NCBI GenBank assembly: GCA_050253415.1
Contig: JBFWJC010000001.1
Span: 1,544,679 to 1,608,678, forward strand
From: Pedobacter sp.
GTDB lineage: Bacteria; Desulfobacterota; Desulfuromonadia; Desulfuromonadales; Syntrophotaleaceae
Direction of reading: 5' to 3'
DNA length: 64,000 nt
Shown here: in pieces, positions 17,909 to 29,239 of the stretch
Numbering within the stretch: the first letter of the stretch is position 1
Layout: the number at the start of each line of letters is the position of its first letter
Made by a program: the position numbers and the translations under genes
Notes under the pieces: generated by a model
Told to the model about the DNA's origin: nothing
Databases searched by the model: none
Seen by the model: the letters and a program-made list of their open reading frames with translations, nothing else

Positions 17909-18979
17909 ATGAACGAACGTGCAGTGAGTTTTTTGCAGGAATTGGTTGAAACCCCCAGTCCCTCAGGCTTTGAACAGCCTGTGCAACGTATCATGCGTCG
18001 CGAGCTTACGCCGTTGGCCGATGAGGTGCGTACCGATGTCATGGGCAACGTCATTGCCCGTATCGATGCCGCTTCGGATCAGGCTATGCGCGTTATGCTG
18101 GCCGGTCATTGCGATGAAATCGGCTTTATGGTGCGCTATATCGACGATAAAGGTTTTATCTATTTTGCCCCGATCGGAGGGATCGATGCGCATCTGGTTC
18201 CGGGTCAACGGGTGCACGTGCATACTGCCGACGGACCTGTGTTGGGGGTGGTGGGCAAGAAACCTATTCATCTGATGGAGCCCAAGGATCGCGAAACGGT
18301 GGTTAAGCTTAATAGCCAGTTTATCGATCTGGGCTGCGAAGACGGGGATGCCGCCCGCAAGTTGGTATCGGTCGGTGATCCGGTTACCTTTGCCGTCGGG
18401 TTTGAACGGCTGCAGGGTGAATTGGCGGCTTCTCGCGGTTTTGACGACAAGATGGGCGCCTTTGTGGTGGCCGAGGTGTTGCGGGCCGTACGGCAGCGTG
18501 GCGTGCCACCGGTGGAAGTGTACGGCGTTTCCACGGTGCAGGAAGAAGTCGGCCTGCGCGGTGCGCATACCAGCGCCTACGGTATCGATCCCCATATCGG
18601 GATTGCAGTGGATGTAGGATTTGCCAGCGATTTCCCCGGTGTGGAAGTGAAAGAAATCGGCGATTTCAAGGTGGGCGGCGGTCCGATTATTTCGCGGGGT
18701 GCCAATGTCAATCCTGCTCTGTTCGATCTGCTGTTGCGCACGGCCCGCGAAGAGGATATCCCCTGTCAGGTCATGGGGGCTCCGCGCGGTACCGGTACCG
18801 ACGCCAACGTTATGCAGTTGACCCGTGCCGGCGTTGCTGCCGCCTTGGTACAGGTGCCTCTGCGGTATATGCATTCACCGGTGGAGGTGTTGTCCTTGGC
18901 CGATATCGAAGCGACCATCCGTTTGCTTACCGGTGTTATTTATCGGTTGGATAGTGATTTTTCCATTATCCCCAATTGA
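17909..18979 (+). CDS. M42 family metallo-aminopeptidase
   Basis: PSGFE, AGHCDEIG, DDK, VQEEVGLRGA, GTDA, RYMHSPVE. Confidence 0.95.
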   Translation: MNERAVSFLQELVETPSPSGFEQPVQRIMRRELTPLADEVRTDVMGNVIARIDAASDQAMRVMLAGHCDEIGFMVRYIDDKGFIYFAPIGGIDAHLVPGQRVHVHTADGPVLGVVGKKPIHLMEPKDRETVVKLNSQFIDLGCEDGDAARKLVSVGDPVTFAVGFERLQGELAASRGFDDKMGAFVVAEVLRAVRQRGVPPVEVYGVSTVQEEVGLRGAHTSAYGIDPHIGIAVDVGFASDFPGVEVKEIGDFKVGGGPIISRGANVNPALFDLLLRTAREEDIPCQVMGAPRGTGTDANVMQLTRAGVAAALVQVPLRYMHSPVEVLSLADIEATIRLLTGVIYRLDSDFSIIPN

Positions 18980-19002
18980 TCGGCAAGCCTATCAAAAGGT
19001 TT

Positions 19003-19088
19003 TTCACCGCCGGGTACGCAGAGGTTGCAGAGGAGTTTTTTTTAATTTAGAATAATTTCTCCGCGAGCTCTGCGTGCTCTGCGGTAAA
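19003..19088. repeat. REP-like imperfect inverted repeat built from 9-nt CGCAGAG-type units
   Basis: Left arm ttcaccgccgggtacgcagaggttgcagag is nearly complementary to right arm ctccgcgagctctgcgtgctctgcggtaaa; AT-rich spacer. Confidence 0.7.
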
Positions 19089-19145
19089 TGAAATTCAGGC
19101 CTTTTAACTTTTGTGGTGGAGCTGAAAGAATTGGAGAATTAAAGT

Positions 19146-20693
<1,548 letters not shown>

Positions 20694-20737
20694 ATAACGG
20701 CGACATTTTTTCTGAAATGGACGTCAATGCCTGATTT

Positions 20738-20772
20738 TAAACAGGGATGAAGTGCCCCTTCATCCCTGTTTA
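20738..20772 (+). terminator. Perfect 15-bp hairpin between guaB and guaA
   Basis: taaacagggatgaag-tgccc-cttcatccctgttta; weak U-tract, so it may instead be a stability or processing hairpin. Confidence 0.55.
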
Positions 20773-20830
20773 CGTAATGGTTTGATATGTCGCTAACCCG
20801 AATAAATATCCCTTGCTTAACGGAGTACCC

Positions 20831-22393
20831 ATGTCCCAGGATATCCACGGCGAAAAGATACTGATTCTCGACTTCGGTTCCCAATACACACAGCTGATTG
20901 CCCGCCGCGTACGCGAGGCCCACGTCTATTGCGAACTGCACCCTTTTGATATGGATCTGGAGGCCATTCGCGCTTTCGGTCCCAAGGGTATCATCCTTTC
21001 CGGTGGTCCCAAGTCGGTGTACGAAGAAGGCGCGCCTGCGGTTGCGGAAGCTTTGTTCGATATGGGGGTTCCGGTGTTGGGTATCTGCTACGGCATGCAG
21101 CTTATGTCCCGTCACTTTGGCGGCAAAGTGGTGCCGGCCGGTAAGCGGGAGTATGGACATGCGACCCTGTTGGCAAGCGGTTCTCCCGGTCCGTTGTTCG
21201 ACGAGTTTTTTGTCGAGGGCAAAAGCCCGGTGTGGATGAGCCACGGCGACCATGTCGAGCAGGTACCGAACGGTTTTGAGGTGGTTGGCTTCAGTGACAA
21301 TGCACCGGTGTGCGCGATCCAGAATGTCGCGCGCAATCTTTACGGCGTGCAGTTTCATCCCGAGGTCAACCATACTCCGCGCGGTGAGCAGTTACTCGAT
21401 ACGTTCGTGCGCCGTATCTGCGGATGCACCGGGCAGTGGACGCCTGGCCAGATCATCGAGGATGCGGTTGCCCGCATTCGTGAACAGGTTGGCAGCGAGC
21501 GCGTGATCCTCGGTTTATCCGGCGGAGTCGACTCGTCGGTGGCAGCCGCTTTGATCCAGCGGGCCATCGGCGACCAGCTGGTCTGCGTGTTTGTCGATAA
21601 CGGCCTTTTGCGACTCGACGAGGGTGATCAGGTCATGCGCACCTTTGCCCAGAACATGGGGGTCAATGTCATTCGGGTCAACGCCGAAGAACGTTTTTTG
21701 TCGGCATTGGCCGGGGTTGAGGATCCCGAGCGCAAACGCAAGATCATCGGCAACCTGTTCGTAGAAATTTTCGAGGAAGAATCGGCTAAAATCGACGATG
21801 CCACCTGGCTTGCCCAGGGGACTATCTATCCCGACGTCATCGAATCGGCCGGCGCCAAGACCGGCAAAGCCCACAATATCAAGAGCCATCACAACGTTGG
21901 CGGGCTGCCCGAGCATATGAAACTGAAACTGCTCGAACCGTTGCGCGAACTGTTCAAGGACGAGGTACGGGCGATCGGCGAGGAACTGGGACTGCCGCAT
22001 CCGATGGTTTATCGGCATCCTTTCCCCGGGCCGGGTCTGGGGGTGCGCATCCTTGGCGAGGTCAAGCACGAGTACGCCGAAATTCTGCGCCGCGCCGATG
22101 CCATCTATATCGAAGAACTCTATCGCACCGGTCACTACGACAAGATCAGCCAGGCCTTTGCCGTCTTCCTGCCGGTCAAAAGCGTCGGCGTCATGGGCGA
22201 TGGTCGTACCTACGAATACGTTATCGCCCTGCGTGCCGTGGAGACCAAGGACTTCATGACCGCCGGCTGGTATCCTCTGCCCTATGCGGATATGGCCCAT
22301 ATCAGCGGTCGTATCATTAACGAGGTCAAGGGGGTCAACCGCGTGGTTTATGATATTTCCAGCAAGCCCCCCGCAACCATCGAGTGGGAATAA
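20831..22393 (+). CDS. guaA: GMP synthase (glutamine-hydrolysing)
   Basis: [51 protein letters not shown]. Confidence 0.98.
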   Translation: MSQDIHGEKILILDFGSQYTQLIARRVREAHVYCELHPFDMDLEAIRAFGPKGIILSGGPKSVYEEGAPAVAEALFDMGVPVLGICYGMQLMSRHFGGKVVPAGKREYGHATLLASGSPGPLFDEFFVEGKSPVWMSHGDHVEQVPNGFEVVGFSDNAPVCAIQNVARNLYGVQFHPEVNHTPRGEQLLDTFVRRICGCTGQWTPGQIIEDAVARIREQVGSERVILGLSGGVDSSVAAALIQRAIGDQLVCVFVDNGLLRLDEGDQVMRTFAQNMGVNVIRVNAEERFLSALAGVEDPERKRKIIGNLFVEIFEEESAKIDDATWLAQGTIYPDVIESAGAKTGKAHNIKSHHNVGGLPEHMKLKLLEPLRELFKDEVRAIGEELGLPHPMVYRHPFPGPGLGVRILGEVKHEYAEILRRADAIYIEELYRTGHYDKISQAFAVFLPVKSVGVMGDGRTYEYVIALRAVETKDFMTAGWYPLPYADMAHISGRIINEVKGVNRVVYDISSKPPATIEWE

Positions 22394-22397
22394 CAAG

Positions 22398-23414
22398 GTG
22401 TCGGATCGTGAGCCGGGCGGGCGAGGGCGGCCTGCCCGTAAGTACAGCCAGGCGGCGCGCCTGCACGATCTGATTCGCATTCTGGAAGTTCGTCACGGCA
22501 GCACCGCCGACGAACTGGCTGAGGAATGCGCCGTGACCCGCCGCACCATCTATCGCGATCTGCAGGCCATTGAAGAAGCCGGCTATCCCCTGGTTAAGGA
22601 ATCATCGGGGGATGGCCGGATACTTTACCGGTTTCTTACCGGTTTTTCCAAAATCCCTCCCATCACCTTTTCCCTGTCCGAACTGATGACCCTTTACCTG
22701 TGCCGCGGGCAGCTCGGCCTGCTGCAGGGAACTCCGTTTCTCGATGATCTCGACGCGGTATTCGGGCGGATTCGTGCCAGTCTGCCGCCGCGCAGCGTGG
22801 CGCACCTGGAGCGTCTGGCCCAGGCGGTGACGCCGCGTTTTCAGGGGCGGCGCGATTATGGCGACAAGCGGGAGATTCTCGAATCGCTGCGACGGGCCCT
22901 GTTGTATCAGTACCGCTGCACTATCCGCTATGCTCCGGCCCGCCGGCCAGCGGCCGACTACCCCTGCGACCCCTACACCCTGCTGTTTTTCAAGGATGCC
23001 CTGTATGTGGTCGGGTATGTCCATAACCGTCGTGCTTTGCGTCGTTTTCTGGTCGATCGTATCGAAAGCGTGCAGGTGGATGAGGAGCGTTTTGAAATTC
23101 CGGACAGCTTCAACCTTGAGGAAGTCGACAGGGAGGCCTTCGGTATGGTCGGTGAAGGGTTGCAGGATATTCGCGTACGCTTCCTTCCTGAAGTGGCCCA
23201 TTTGATTCGCGAGCGCCAGTGGCACCCTACCCAGCAGTTGGATGAACAGCCGGATGGTTCTTTGATCCTTTCCCTGCAGGCCGGTGGTCACAAAGAGATC
23301 CTCTCGTGGCTCTACTCTTTTTTACCCCATCTTGAAGTTCTTGCCCCTGAGGCCCTGAGACAGGCGTTTGTCGCCGGGTTGCAGCAGGCCCTGGGAGTCC
23401 GATCGAATCTGTGA
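22398..23414 (+). CDS. HTH-WYL-WCX transcriptional regulator (PafBC/DriD/YafY type)
   Basis: wHTH ELAEECAVTRRTIYRDLQAIEEAG; WYL DPYTL..LYVVG..RRFLVDRI; WCX ERQWHPTQ..DGSLIL..EVLAPEALR; GTG 4 nt after the guaA stop. Confidence 0.93.
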   Translation: MSDREPGGRGRPARKYSQAARLHDLIRILEVRHGSTADELAEECAVTRRTIYRDLQAIEEAGYPLVKESSGDGRILYRFLTGFSKIPPITFSLSELMTLYLCRGQLGLLQGTPFLDDLDAVFGRIRASLPPRSVAHLERLAQAVTPRFQGRRDYGDKREILESLRRALLYQYRCTIRYAPARRPAADYPCDPYTLLFFKDALYVVGYVHNRRALRRFLVDRIESVQVDEERFEIPDSFNLEEVDREAFGMVGEGLQDIRVRFLPEVAHLIRERQWHPTQQLDEQPDGSLILSLQAGGHKEILSWLYSFLPHLEVLAPEALRQAFVAGLQQALGVRSNL

Positions 23415-23443
23415 CTTAATCTGTCACAGTGAGTGGTTATCCT
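23409..23443 (+). promoter_or_regulatory. Palindromic operator plus -10 box, candidate WYL-activated promoter
   Basis: CTGTGAC-N7-GTCACAG (23409-23429); TGTCAC-N10-TATCCT (-10 at 23438-23443). Confidence 0.65.
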
Positions 23444-23481
23444 GCCAGCGTAGACAAATTCATACTCTGGAGGATAACGAC

Positions 23482-23808
23482 ATGCTGGTTCTGACATTGG
23501 GCGAACAAACGGGAGAAACGGTCTATCTCGATATTCATCATGCCGAATGGCGGCAACGCACCGGCGCACCCCACTGGGCGGTTTCCGCATTGCTGGGCGA
23601 TGGCTGGTATGAAGGCGAGGTTCTTATCGAGGCGGGAGAGCAGGTACAGGTAACCTTTGCCGATGAATGGATCGGTCATTCTCAGATCGGTGAACTTTTC
23701 AACAGGGTGGGACGGGAAAACCTGCTGGTCGCCATTCGCGAAGCCGTAGCGGGGCGTCGGATGGAAGAAATCCCCCAGTTGAAGAGTTTGCGCAGCATGT
23801 TTTCCTGA
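23482..23808 (+). CDS. Hypothetical 108-aa protein
   Basis: GGAGG RBS 8 nt upstream of ATG; globular-looking sequence; no motif recognised. Confidence 0.75.
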   Translation: MLVLTLGEQTGETVYLDIHHAEWRQRTGAPHWAVSALLGDGWYEGEVLIEAGEQVQVTFADEWIGHSQIGELFNRVGRENLLVAIREAVAGRRMEEIPQLKSLRSMFS

Positions 23809-23954
23809 GTCCGGATAGCGGAAGGCTGCGTTGCCGGGAAACGGCCTCCACGAGGGGTTTTGAACCATAGGCACCCAACAGGAGGTAGTTGTCATTGCAT
23901 TTAACGGGCTGCTGAAGTAAAAAGAAGGATATTTTTTACTCCGGGAGCATGCCT

Positions 23955-24554
23955 ATGAAGATTATTGTTTTGGCTTCGACCAGTCCTTATCGGATGCAGC
24001 TTATGCGGCAGCTTGGCTTGCCGTTTCATGTCGCTGCCCCCCAGTATAAGGAACAGATGAATCAGGATATCGCTCCGGAGTTGCTGGTCAAACATCAGGC
24101 CGCAGGCAAAGCTAAAAGCCTGGCTCAGAATTATCCTGACGCGCTTATTGTCGGCTCTGATCAGGTTTTTGTCGATGCGTGCGGGAGGATCGTCGGCAAG
24201 CCCGAGGACTTTGAGGGTGCGGTGCGGCAACTGCGCGGCATGGCCGGTAAGTGTCATACCTTTTACACCGGCCTTTCGGTTTATGACAGTAACCGCGACG
24301 AAGCGCTGACCGGGTTTGCAACATACCGGGTCACCTTGAGGGCTCTGACCGAAGATCAAATACGCGCCTATCTGCTGCGGGAAAACCCTCTGGACTGTGC
24401 CGGTTCCTTCAAGGTCGAAGGTTTGGGTATTGCGCTTATGCAGAAACTGGAGGGGGACGACTATACCACCCTCATAGGCTTGCCCCTGATCAAATTGGTC
24501 GATTTTCTCGAGCACTTCGGGGTTCAGGTGTTGGATGGTCAGGCGATTTCTTGA
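23955..24554 (+). CDS. maf: Maf family nucleotide pyrophosphatase (YceF/m7GTP-like)
   Basis: IVLASTSPYR, IVGSDQV, GKP, CAGSFKVEG, LIGLP. Confidence 0.93.
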   Translation: MKIIVLASTSPYRMQLMRQLGLPFHVAAPQYKEQMNQDIAPELLVKHQAAGKAKSLAQNYPDALIVGSDQVFVDACGRIVGKPEDFEGAVRQLRGMAGKCHTFYTGLSVYDSNRDEALTGFATYRVTLRALTEDQIRAYLLRENPLDCAGSFKVEGLGIALMQKLEGDDYTTLIGLPLIKLVDFLEHFGVQVLDGQAIS

Positions 24555-24579
24555 CGGTTTGTCTTTGCAATGATAAAGT
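24551..24579 (+). promoter_or_regulatory. Putative sigma70 promoter for dnaE
   Basis: TTGACG-N17-TAAAGT with extended TGn. Confidence 0.55.
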
Positions 24580-24726
24580 GGCGCGGTTTTACCCCTTCAA
24601 ACCTGTTATTGCCTCCTATTATCTCTTAATATTTTGACGTGATTGCTGTCCGACAACGGTTAAAGTGACCCCCTGTATAAGCCGGGTCCAGCTGTGTCGG
24701 TGGCGGTTGTGCTGGTTGGATATTGC

Positions 24727-27700
24727 ATGGAAAAAGCGCCTTTTGTTCATCTACATGTTCACACTCAATACAGTCTTCTCGATGGCGCCATCCGAATCGG
24801 GGATCTGGCCAAGCGTGCCGAGGCTTGCGGCATGCCGGCCATGGCCATCACCGATCACGGCAATATGTTCGGGGCCGCTGAGTTTTTCAGCAAGCTCAAG
24901 GGCAGTTCCGTTAAGCCGATTGTGGGCTGCGAAGTCTATGTGGCACCCGGTTCCCGGTTTGAAAAAAGCAACGTACGTGGCGGCGATAAAGCCTATCACC
25001 TGGTCCTGCTGTGCCAGGATATCGAGGGGTATCGCAATCTGTGTCGTATGGTTTCGTCCGGTTACCGCGAAGGCTTTTACTATAAGCCACGTATCGACTG
25101 GGAATTGCTGCGTAAGCACAACAAGGGCCTGATTGCTCTAACGGCCTGCCTGGGGGGGGAACTCCCGACGTTGATTACCCAGGGTAAACATGACCAGGCT
25201 TTGGCGCGGGCCCGCGATATGGCCTCAATATTCGATGAAGAACGCCTGTATCTTGAATTGCAGGAAAACTTTATCGCCGAACAGAAGGCCGTCAATGCCG
25301 GATTGATTACTATCGGCAAGGAATTGGGCCTGCCCCTGGTCGCCACCAACGACTGTCATTACCTTACCCGCGAGGCCGCTTCGGCTCACGAGGTCCTGCT
25401 GTGCGTGCAGACCGGAAAGACCATGGATGACCCGAACCGGTTTCGGTTTTCCAACGATGAATTCTATGTCAAAACCCCCCAGGAAATGGCGGAGCTTTTT
25501 CATTATGCGCCGGAAGCTTTGGCCAACACCCTGGTCATCGCCGATCGCTGTAATCTCGAACTCGATTTCGATACCTATCATTTTCCCCAGTATGAAAAGC
25601 CGGCCGAAAAGACCCTCGCTCAGGTTCTGGAAGAAGATTCGTGGAAGGGGTTGGAAGACCGCCTGGTCGAAATACGCAAAATCCGCCCTGATTTGTCCGC
25701 TGAACAGGAACAGGTCTATCGCGACCGCCTGGTACGGGAGCTCGAGTGTATCAACAGCATGGGGTTTCCCGGTTACTTCCTGATTGTTGCCGACTTCATC
25801 AACTGGGCCAAGGATAACGGCATCCCCGTGGGTCCCGGCCGCGGTAGCGCCGCCGGTTCGCTGGTGGCTTACGCTATTCGCATTACCGATATCGATCCCA
25901 TTCCGTACAACCTGCTGTTTGAACGCTTTCTCAACCCGGAACGTGTTTCGATGCCTGATATCGACGTCGATTTCTGTATCTACGGCCGGGAAGATGTCAT
26001 CGAATACGTGCGTCAGAAATACGGCGAAGAAAACGTCGCACAGATCATTACCTTCGGTACCATGATGGCCAAGGGCGTTATCCGCGATGTGGGGCGCGCC
26101 CTCAACCTGGCATACGGCGATGTGGATAAGATCGCCAAACTGGTGCCCACGGTTCTCAATATTACTCTGAAGGATGCTTTGGAGCAGGAACCACGCCTGC
26201 AGGAACTGTACGATAAGGATCCCCAGGTCAAGCAGTTGCTCGATATCGCCCTGACCCTGGAGGGTTTGACCCGACATGCCTCGACCCACGCGGCCGGCGT
26301 GGTGGTCACCCCCAAGCCGTTGTCGGAATATCTGCCGTTGTACACCGATCCGAAATCCGGCGGCCAGGTCACGCAGTTCCCGATGAAATTCGTCGAAAAG
26401 ATCGGGTTGGTCAAATTCGATTTTCTCGGCTTGAAGACCCTGACCGTTATTGCCAATGCGGTGCGCCTGATCCGCGAGGGTAAAGATCCGGAATTCGATC
26501 TCACGCTGGTGCGCGACGATGATCCCGATACGTATCGTTTGTTGTCGGCCGGCGAGACAACCGGGGTTTTTCAGCTCGAATCCTCGGGCATGAAGGAACT
26601 GCTGATCAAGCTTAAGCCCAGCTGTTTTGAAGATATCATCGCGGTTTGTGCTCTTTACCGTCCGGGCCCCTTAGGGTCGGGGATGGTCGATGACTTTATC
26701 CTGCGTAAGCATGGCAAAAAGGACATCACCTACGATTTTCCACAGCTTGAGCCGATCCTGAAAGATACCTACGGGGTTATCGTTTATCAGGAACAGGTCA
26801 TGCTGATCGCGCAGGTATTGGCCCGCTATTCTTTGGGTGGAGCCGACTTGTTGCGACGGGCCATGGGCAAGAAAAAGCCCGAGGAAATGGCCAAGCAAAA
26901 AGAGATTTTCATGGCCGGAGCGGGTGAAAACGAGCTTGATGCCAAAAAGGCCGAGGCGGTCTTCGACCTTATGGAAAAGTTTGCCGCCTACGGCTTTAAC
27001 AAGTCGCATTCGGCTGCTTATGCTTTGGTGGCCTACCATACGGCTTACCTTAAGACCCACTATCCGGTGGAGTTCATGGCCGCGCTGTTGACCGAGGACA
27101 TGGAGAATACCGACAAGGTCATCAAGAATATCAATGAAGTGCGGTCCATGGGGATCGAGGTTCTGCCGCCCGATATCAATGCTTCAAGCAGTTCCTTCAC
27201 CGTGCATGACAAGTCGATCCGTTTCGGTCTCGGCGCGGTCAAGGGGGTTGGTGGTGCTGCCATCGAGGCCATCCTTGATGCCCGCAAGGAGGAGCCGTTT
27301 GCCGCACTTAACGATTTTTGCGAGCGTTGCGATCTGCGTAAGGTTAACAAAAAGGTCATTGAGGCATTGATTAAATGTGGTGCCTTCGATACGCTTGGCG
27401 GTCGGCGTGCCCAGTTCCTTGCGGTCCTGGAAGAGGCCATGGACATCGGGCAGAAGATGCAGCGCGAAAAGGAGCAGGGGCAGGCGTCGCTGTTCGGAAC
27501 CGACGAAATCGTCTCGCAGCGCGGAACCAGCTATGGTGAGCTTCCCGAGATGGAGGAGTGGCCGGACAAGGTTAAGCTCGGCTTTGAAAAAGAAGCGCTG
27601 GGCTTTTATATAACCGGACATCCTCTGGGACGCTACAAAGAAGTTATCAGGCGTTTCGCCAACTGCACCACCGCCGAGCTGGCGGAAAGAGCCGATAAAG

Positions 27701-28197
27701 AAGAAGTTCGCCTGTGCGGTGTCGTCAGCGGCATCAGGGATCTGATGACCAAAAAAAACGAACGCATGGCCTTCGTTACTCTGGAAGATCTGAGCGGCTT
27801 CGTGGAGATGGTGGTTTTTCCCGAAACCTATCGCGAAGCGGCGGAATGGCTGCACAGCGATCAGCCTCTGCTGGTTACCGGTACAGTGGAAGTTTCCGAA
27901 GATTCCCGCAAACTCATGCCGAGGGAGATCCTGCCGCTGCAGGAGGTCAGTCGCAAAGAGACCAAGCGGGTTCACATTCGCTTTCAGGTTCCGGGAATGT
28001 TGGAAGATCAGTTGCACCGGTTACGGGAAATTATTCAGCGTCATCGGGGTAACTGTCCGGTTCTCATGCATCTGGTGATTCCCGATATGAGCGAGACCGT
28101 GTTGCGTCTTCCGGAAACCCTTAAAATTGCGCCAACGGATGAAATGATGGAAGACACCGAGCGCTTGTTTGGGTACAATGTGGTGACTTTCGAATAA
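24727..28197 (+). CDS. dnaE: DNA polymerase III alpha subunit
   Basis: FVHLHVHTQYSLLDG, ITDHG, GPGRGSAAGS, SMPDIDVDF, YGFNKSHS; no intein. Confidence 0.98.
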   Translation: MEKAPFVHLHVHTQYSLLDGAIRIGDLAKRAEACGMPAMAITDHGNMFGAAEFFSKLKGSSVKPIVGCEVYVAPGSRFEKSNVRGGDKAYHLVLLCQDIEGYRNLCRMVSSGYREGFYYKPRIDWELLRKHNKGLIALTACLGGELPTLITQGKHDQALARARDMASIFDEERLYLELQENFIAEQKAVNAGLITIGKELGLPLVATNDCHYLTREAASAHEVLLCVQTGKTMDDPNRFRFSNDEFYVKTPQEMAELFHYAPEALANTLVIADRCNLELDFDTYHFPQYEKPAEKTLAQVLEEDSWKGLEDRLVEIRKIRPDLSAEQEQVYRDRLVRELECINSMGFPGYFLIVADFINWAKDNGIPVGPGRGSAAGSLVAYAIRITDIDPIPYNLLFERFLNPERVSMPDIDVDFCIYGREDVIEYVRQKYGEENVAQIITFGTMMAKGVIRDVGRALNLAYGDVDKIAKLVPTVLNITLKDALEQEPRLQELYDKDPQVKQLLDIALTLEGLTRHASTHAAGVVVTPKPLSEYLPLYTDPKSGGQVTQFPMKFVEKIGLVKFDFLGLKTLTVIANAVRLIREGKDPEFDLTLVRDDDPDTYRLLSAGETTGVFQLESSGMKELLIKLKPSCFEDIIAVCALYRPGPLGSGMVDDFILRKHGKKDITYDFPQLEPILKDTYGVIVYQEQVMLIAQVLARYSLGGADLLRRAMGKKKPEEMAKQKEIFMAGAGENELDAKKAEAVFDLMEKFAAYGFNKSHSAAYALVAYHTAYLKTHYPVEFMAALLTEDMENTDKVIKNINEVRSMGIEVLPPDINASSSSFTVHDKSIRFGLGAVKGVGGAAIEAILDARKEEPFAALNDFCERCDLRKVNKKVIEALIKCGAFDTLGGRRAQFLAVLEEAMDIGQKMQREKEQGQASLFGTDEIVSQRGTSYGELPEMEEWPDKVKLGFEKEALGFYITGHPLGRYKEVIRRFANCTTAELAERADKEEVRLCGVVSGIRDLMTKKNERMAFVTLEDLSGFVEMVVFPETYREAAEWLHSDQPLLVTGTVEVSEDSRKLMPREILPLQEVSRKETKRVHIRFQVPGMLEDQLHRLREIIQRHRGNCPVLMHLVIPDMSETVLRLPETLKIAPTDEMMEDTERLFGYNVVTFE

Positions 28198-28279
28198 AAA
28201 ATATCCACGTCTGTGCCTGGTCGTCAGCAGTGCCGGGTATCATCGTACCATTGTACAGACAAGGATCTAGGAGAGGTTC

Positions 28280-29233
28280 ATGCAATTTTATCTGGAGTTT
28301 GAAAAACCCCTTGTCGCGCTGGAACAGAAGCTTAACGAGTTGCGGGGCTATTCCACTGACGAGGTCGATTTTTCTGGGGAAATCGTGAAACTGGAAAAAA
28401 AGGCCGAAAAATTGCGGCGCGAAATCTTTTCCAATCTTAACCGCTGGCAATTAACCCAGTTGGCGCGTCATATCAACCGTCCCTTTACGCTCGATTTTGT
28501 CAAACATATCTTTACCGACTGGTTTGAAGTCCACGGCGATCGCAATTTTCGCGATGATCCCGCTTTGGTGTGTGGTTTTGCCCGTTTCGAGGGACAGCCC
28601 TGTGCCGTCATAGGGCATCAGAAGGGGCGGGACACTAAAGAAAAAGTTTACCGTAACTTCGGCATGCCCAATCCCGAAGGCTATCGTAAAGCCCTGCGGG
28701 TCATGCAGATGGCTGAGCAATTCGGTCTGCCCATTTTCACCTTTGTCGATACCCCTGGAGCGTTTCCCGGTATCGGTGCCGAGGAGCGCGGACAAGCCGA
28801 AGCGATAGCTCGCAATCTGCGCGAAATGTCTGCCCTTAAAGTGCCCGTTATTGTAACCGTTACCGGTGAAGGCGGATCGGGCGGCGCGTTGGCCATCGCA
28901 GTCGGTAACAGGGTACTTATGATGGAGCATGCGGTCTACTCGGTTATTTCCCCGGAAGGCTGTGCCGCTATATTGTGGAAGGATGGCACCAAAGGGGCGG
29001 AAGCGGCCGAGGCTTTGAAACTGACGGCGCGTGATATCGAAAAGCTGGGCTGCGTCATCGATGACGTGATTCCCGAGCCGTTGGGTGGTGCGCATGTCGA
29101 TCATGAGGCCGCCGCCGAAATGGTGCGTATCTGCCTTAAAAAGCACCTGGATGAGTTAAATCAATTGTCGCCGGATGAACTTCGGGAGCAGCGTTATCAA
29201 AAACTGCGTTCCATGACTATTGTTCAGGAATAG
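28280..29233 (+). CDS. accA: Acetyl-CoA carboxylase carboxyltransferase alpha subunit
   Basis: YLEFEKP, FGMPNPEGYRKA, DTPGA, GEGGSGGA, ISPEGCAAILW. Confidence 0.97.
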   Translation: MQFYLEFEKPLVALEQKLNELRGYSTDEVDFSGEIVKLEKKAEKLRREIFSNLNRWQLTQLARHINRPFTLDFVKHIFTDWFEVHGDRNFRDDPALVCGFARFEGQPCAVIGHQKGRDTKEKVYRNFGMPNPEGYRKALRVMQMAEQFGLPIFTFVDTPGAFPGIGAEERGQAEAIARNLREMSALKVPVIVTVTGEGGSGGALAIAVGNRVLMMEHAVYSVISPEGCAAILWKDGTKGAEAAEALKLTARDIEKLGCVIDDVIPEPLGGAHVDHEAAAEMVRICLKKHLDELNQLSPDELREQRYQKLRSMTIVQE

Positions 29234-29239
29234 AGCTTT

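Noticed and set aside
23809..23948. Small hairpins and a strong AGGAGGT between the orphan gene and maf (riboswitch or mini-ORF?)
   Set aside because: No match to riboswitch consensuses I know; only a 6-codon TTG ORF follows the SD-like sequence.
22370..23950. Genomic island integrated at the guaA 3' end
   Set aside because: guaA is a known integration hotspot, but there is no integrase, no duplicated guaA end and no compositional shift.
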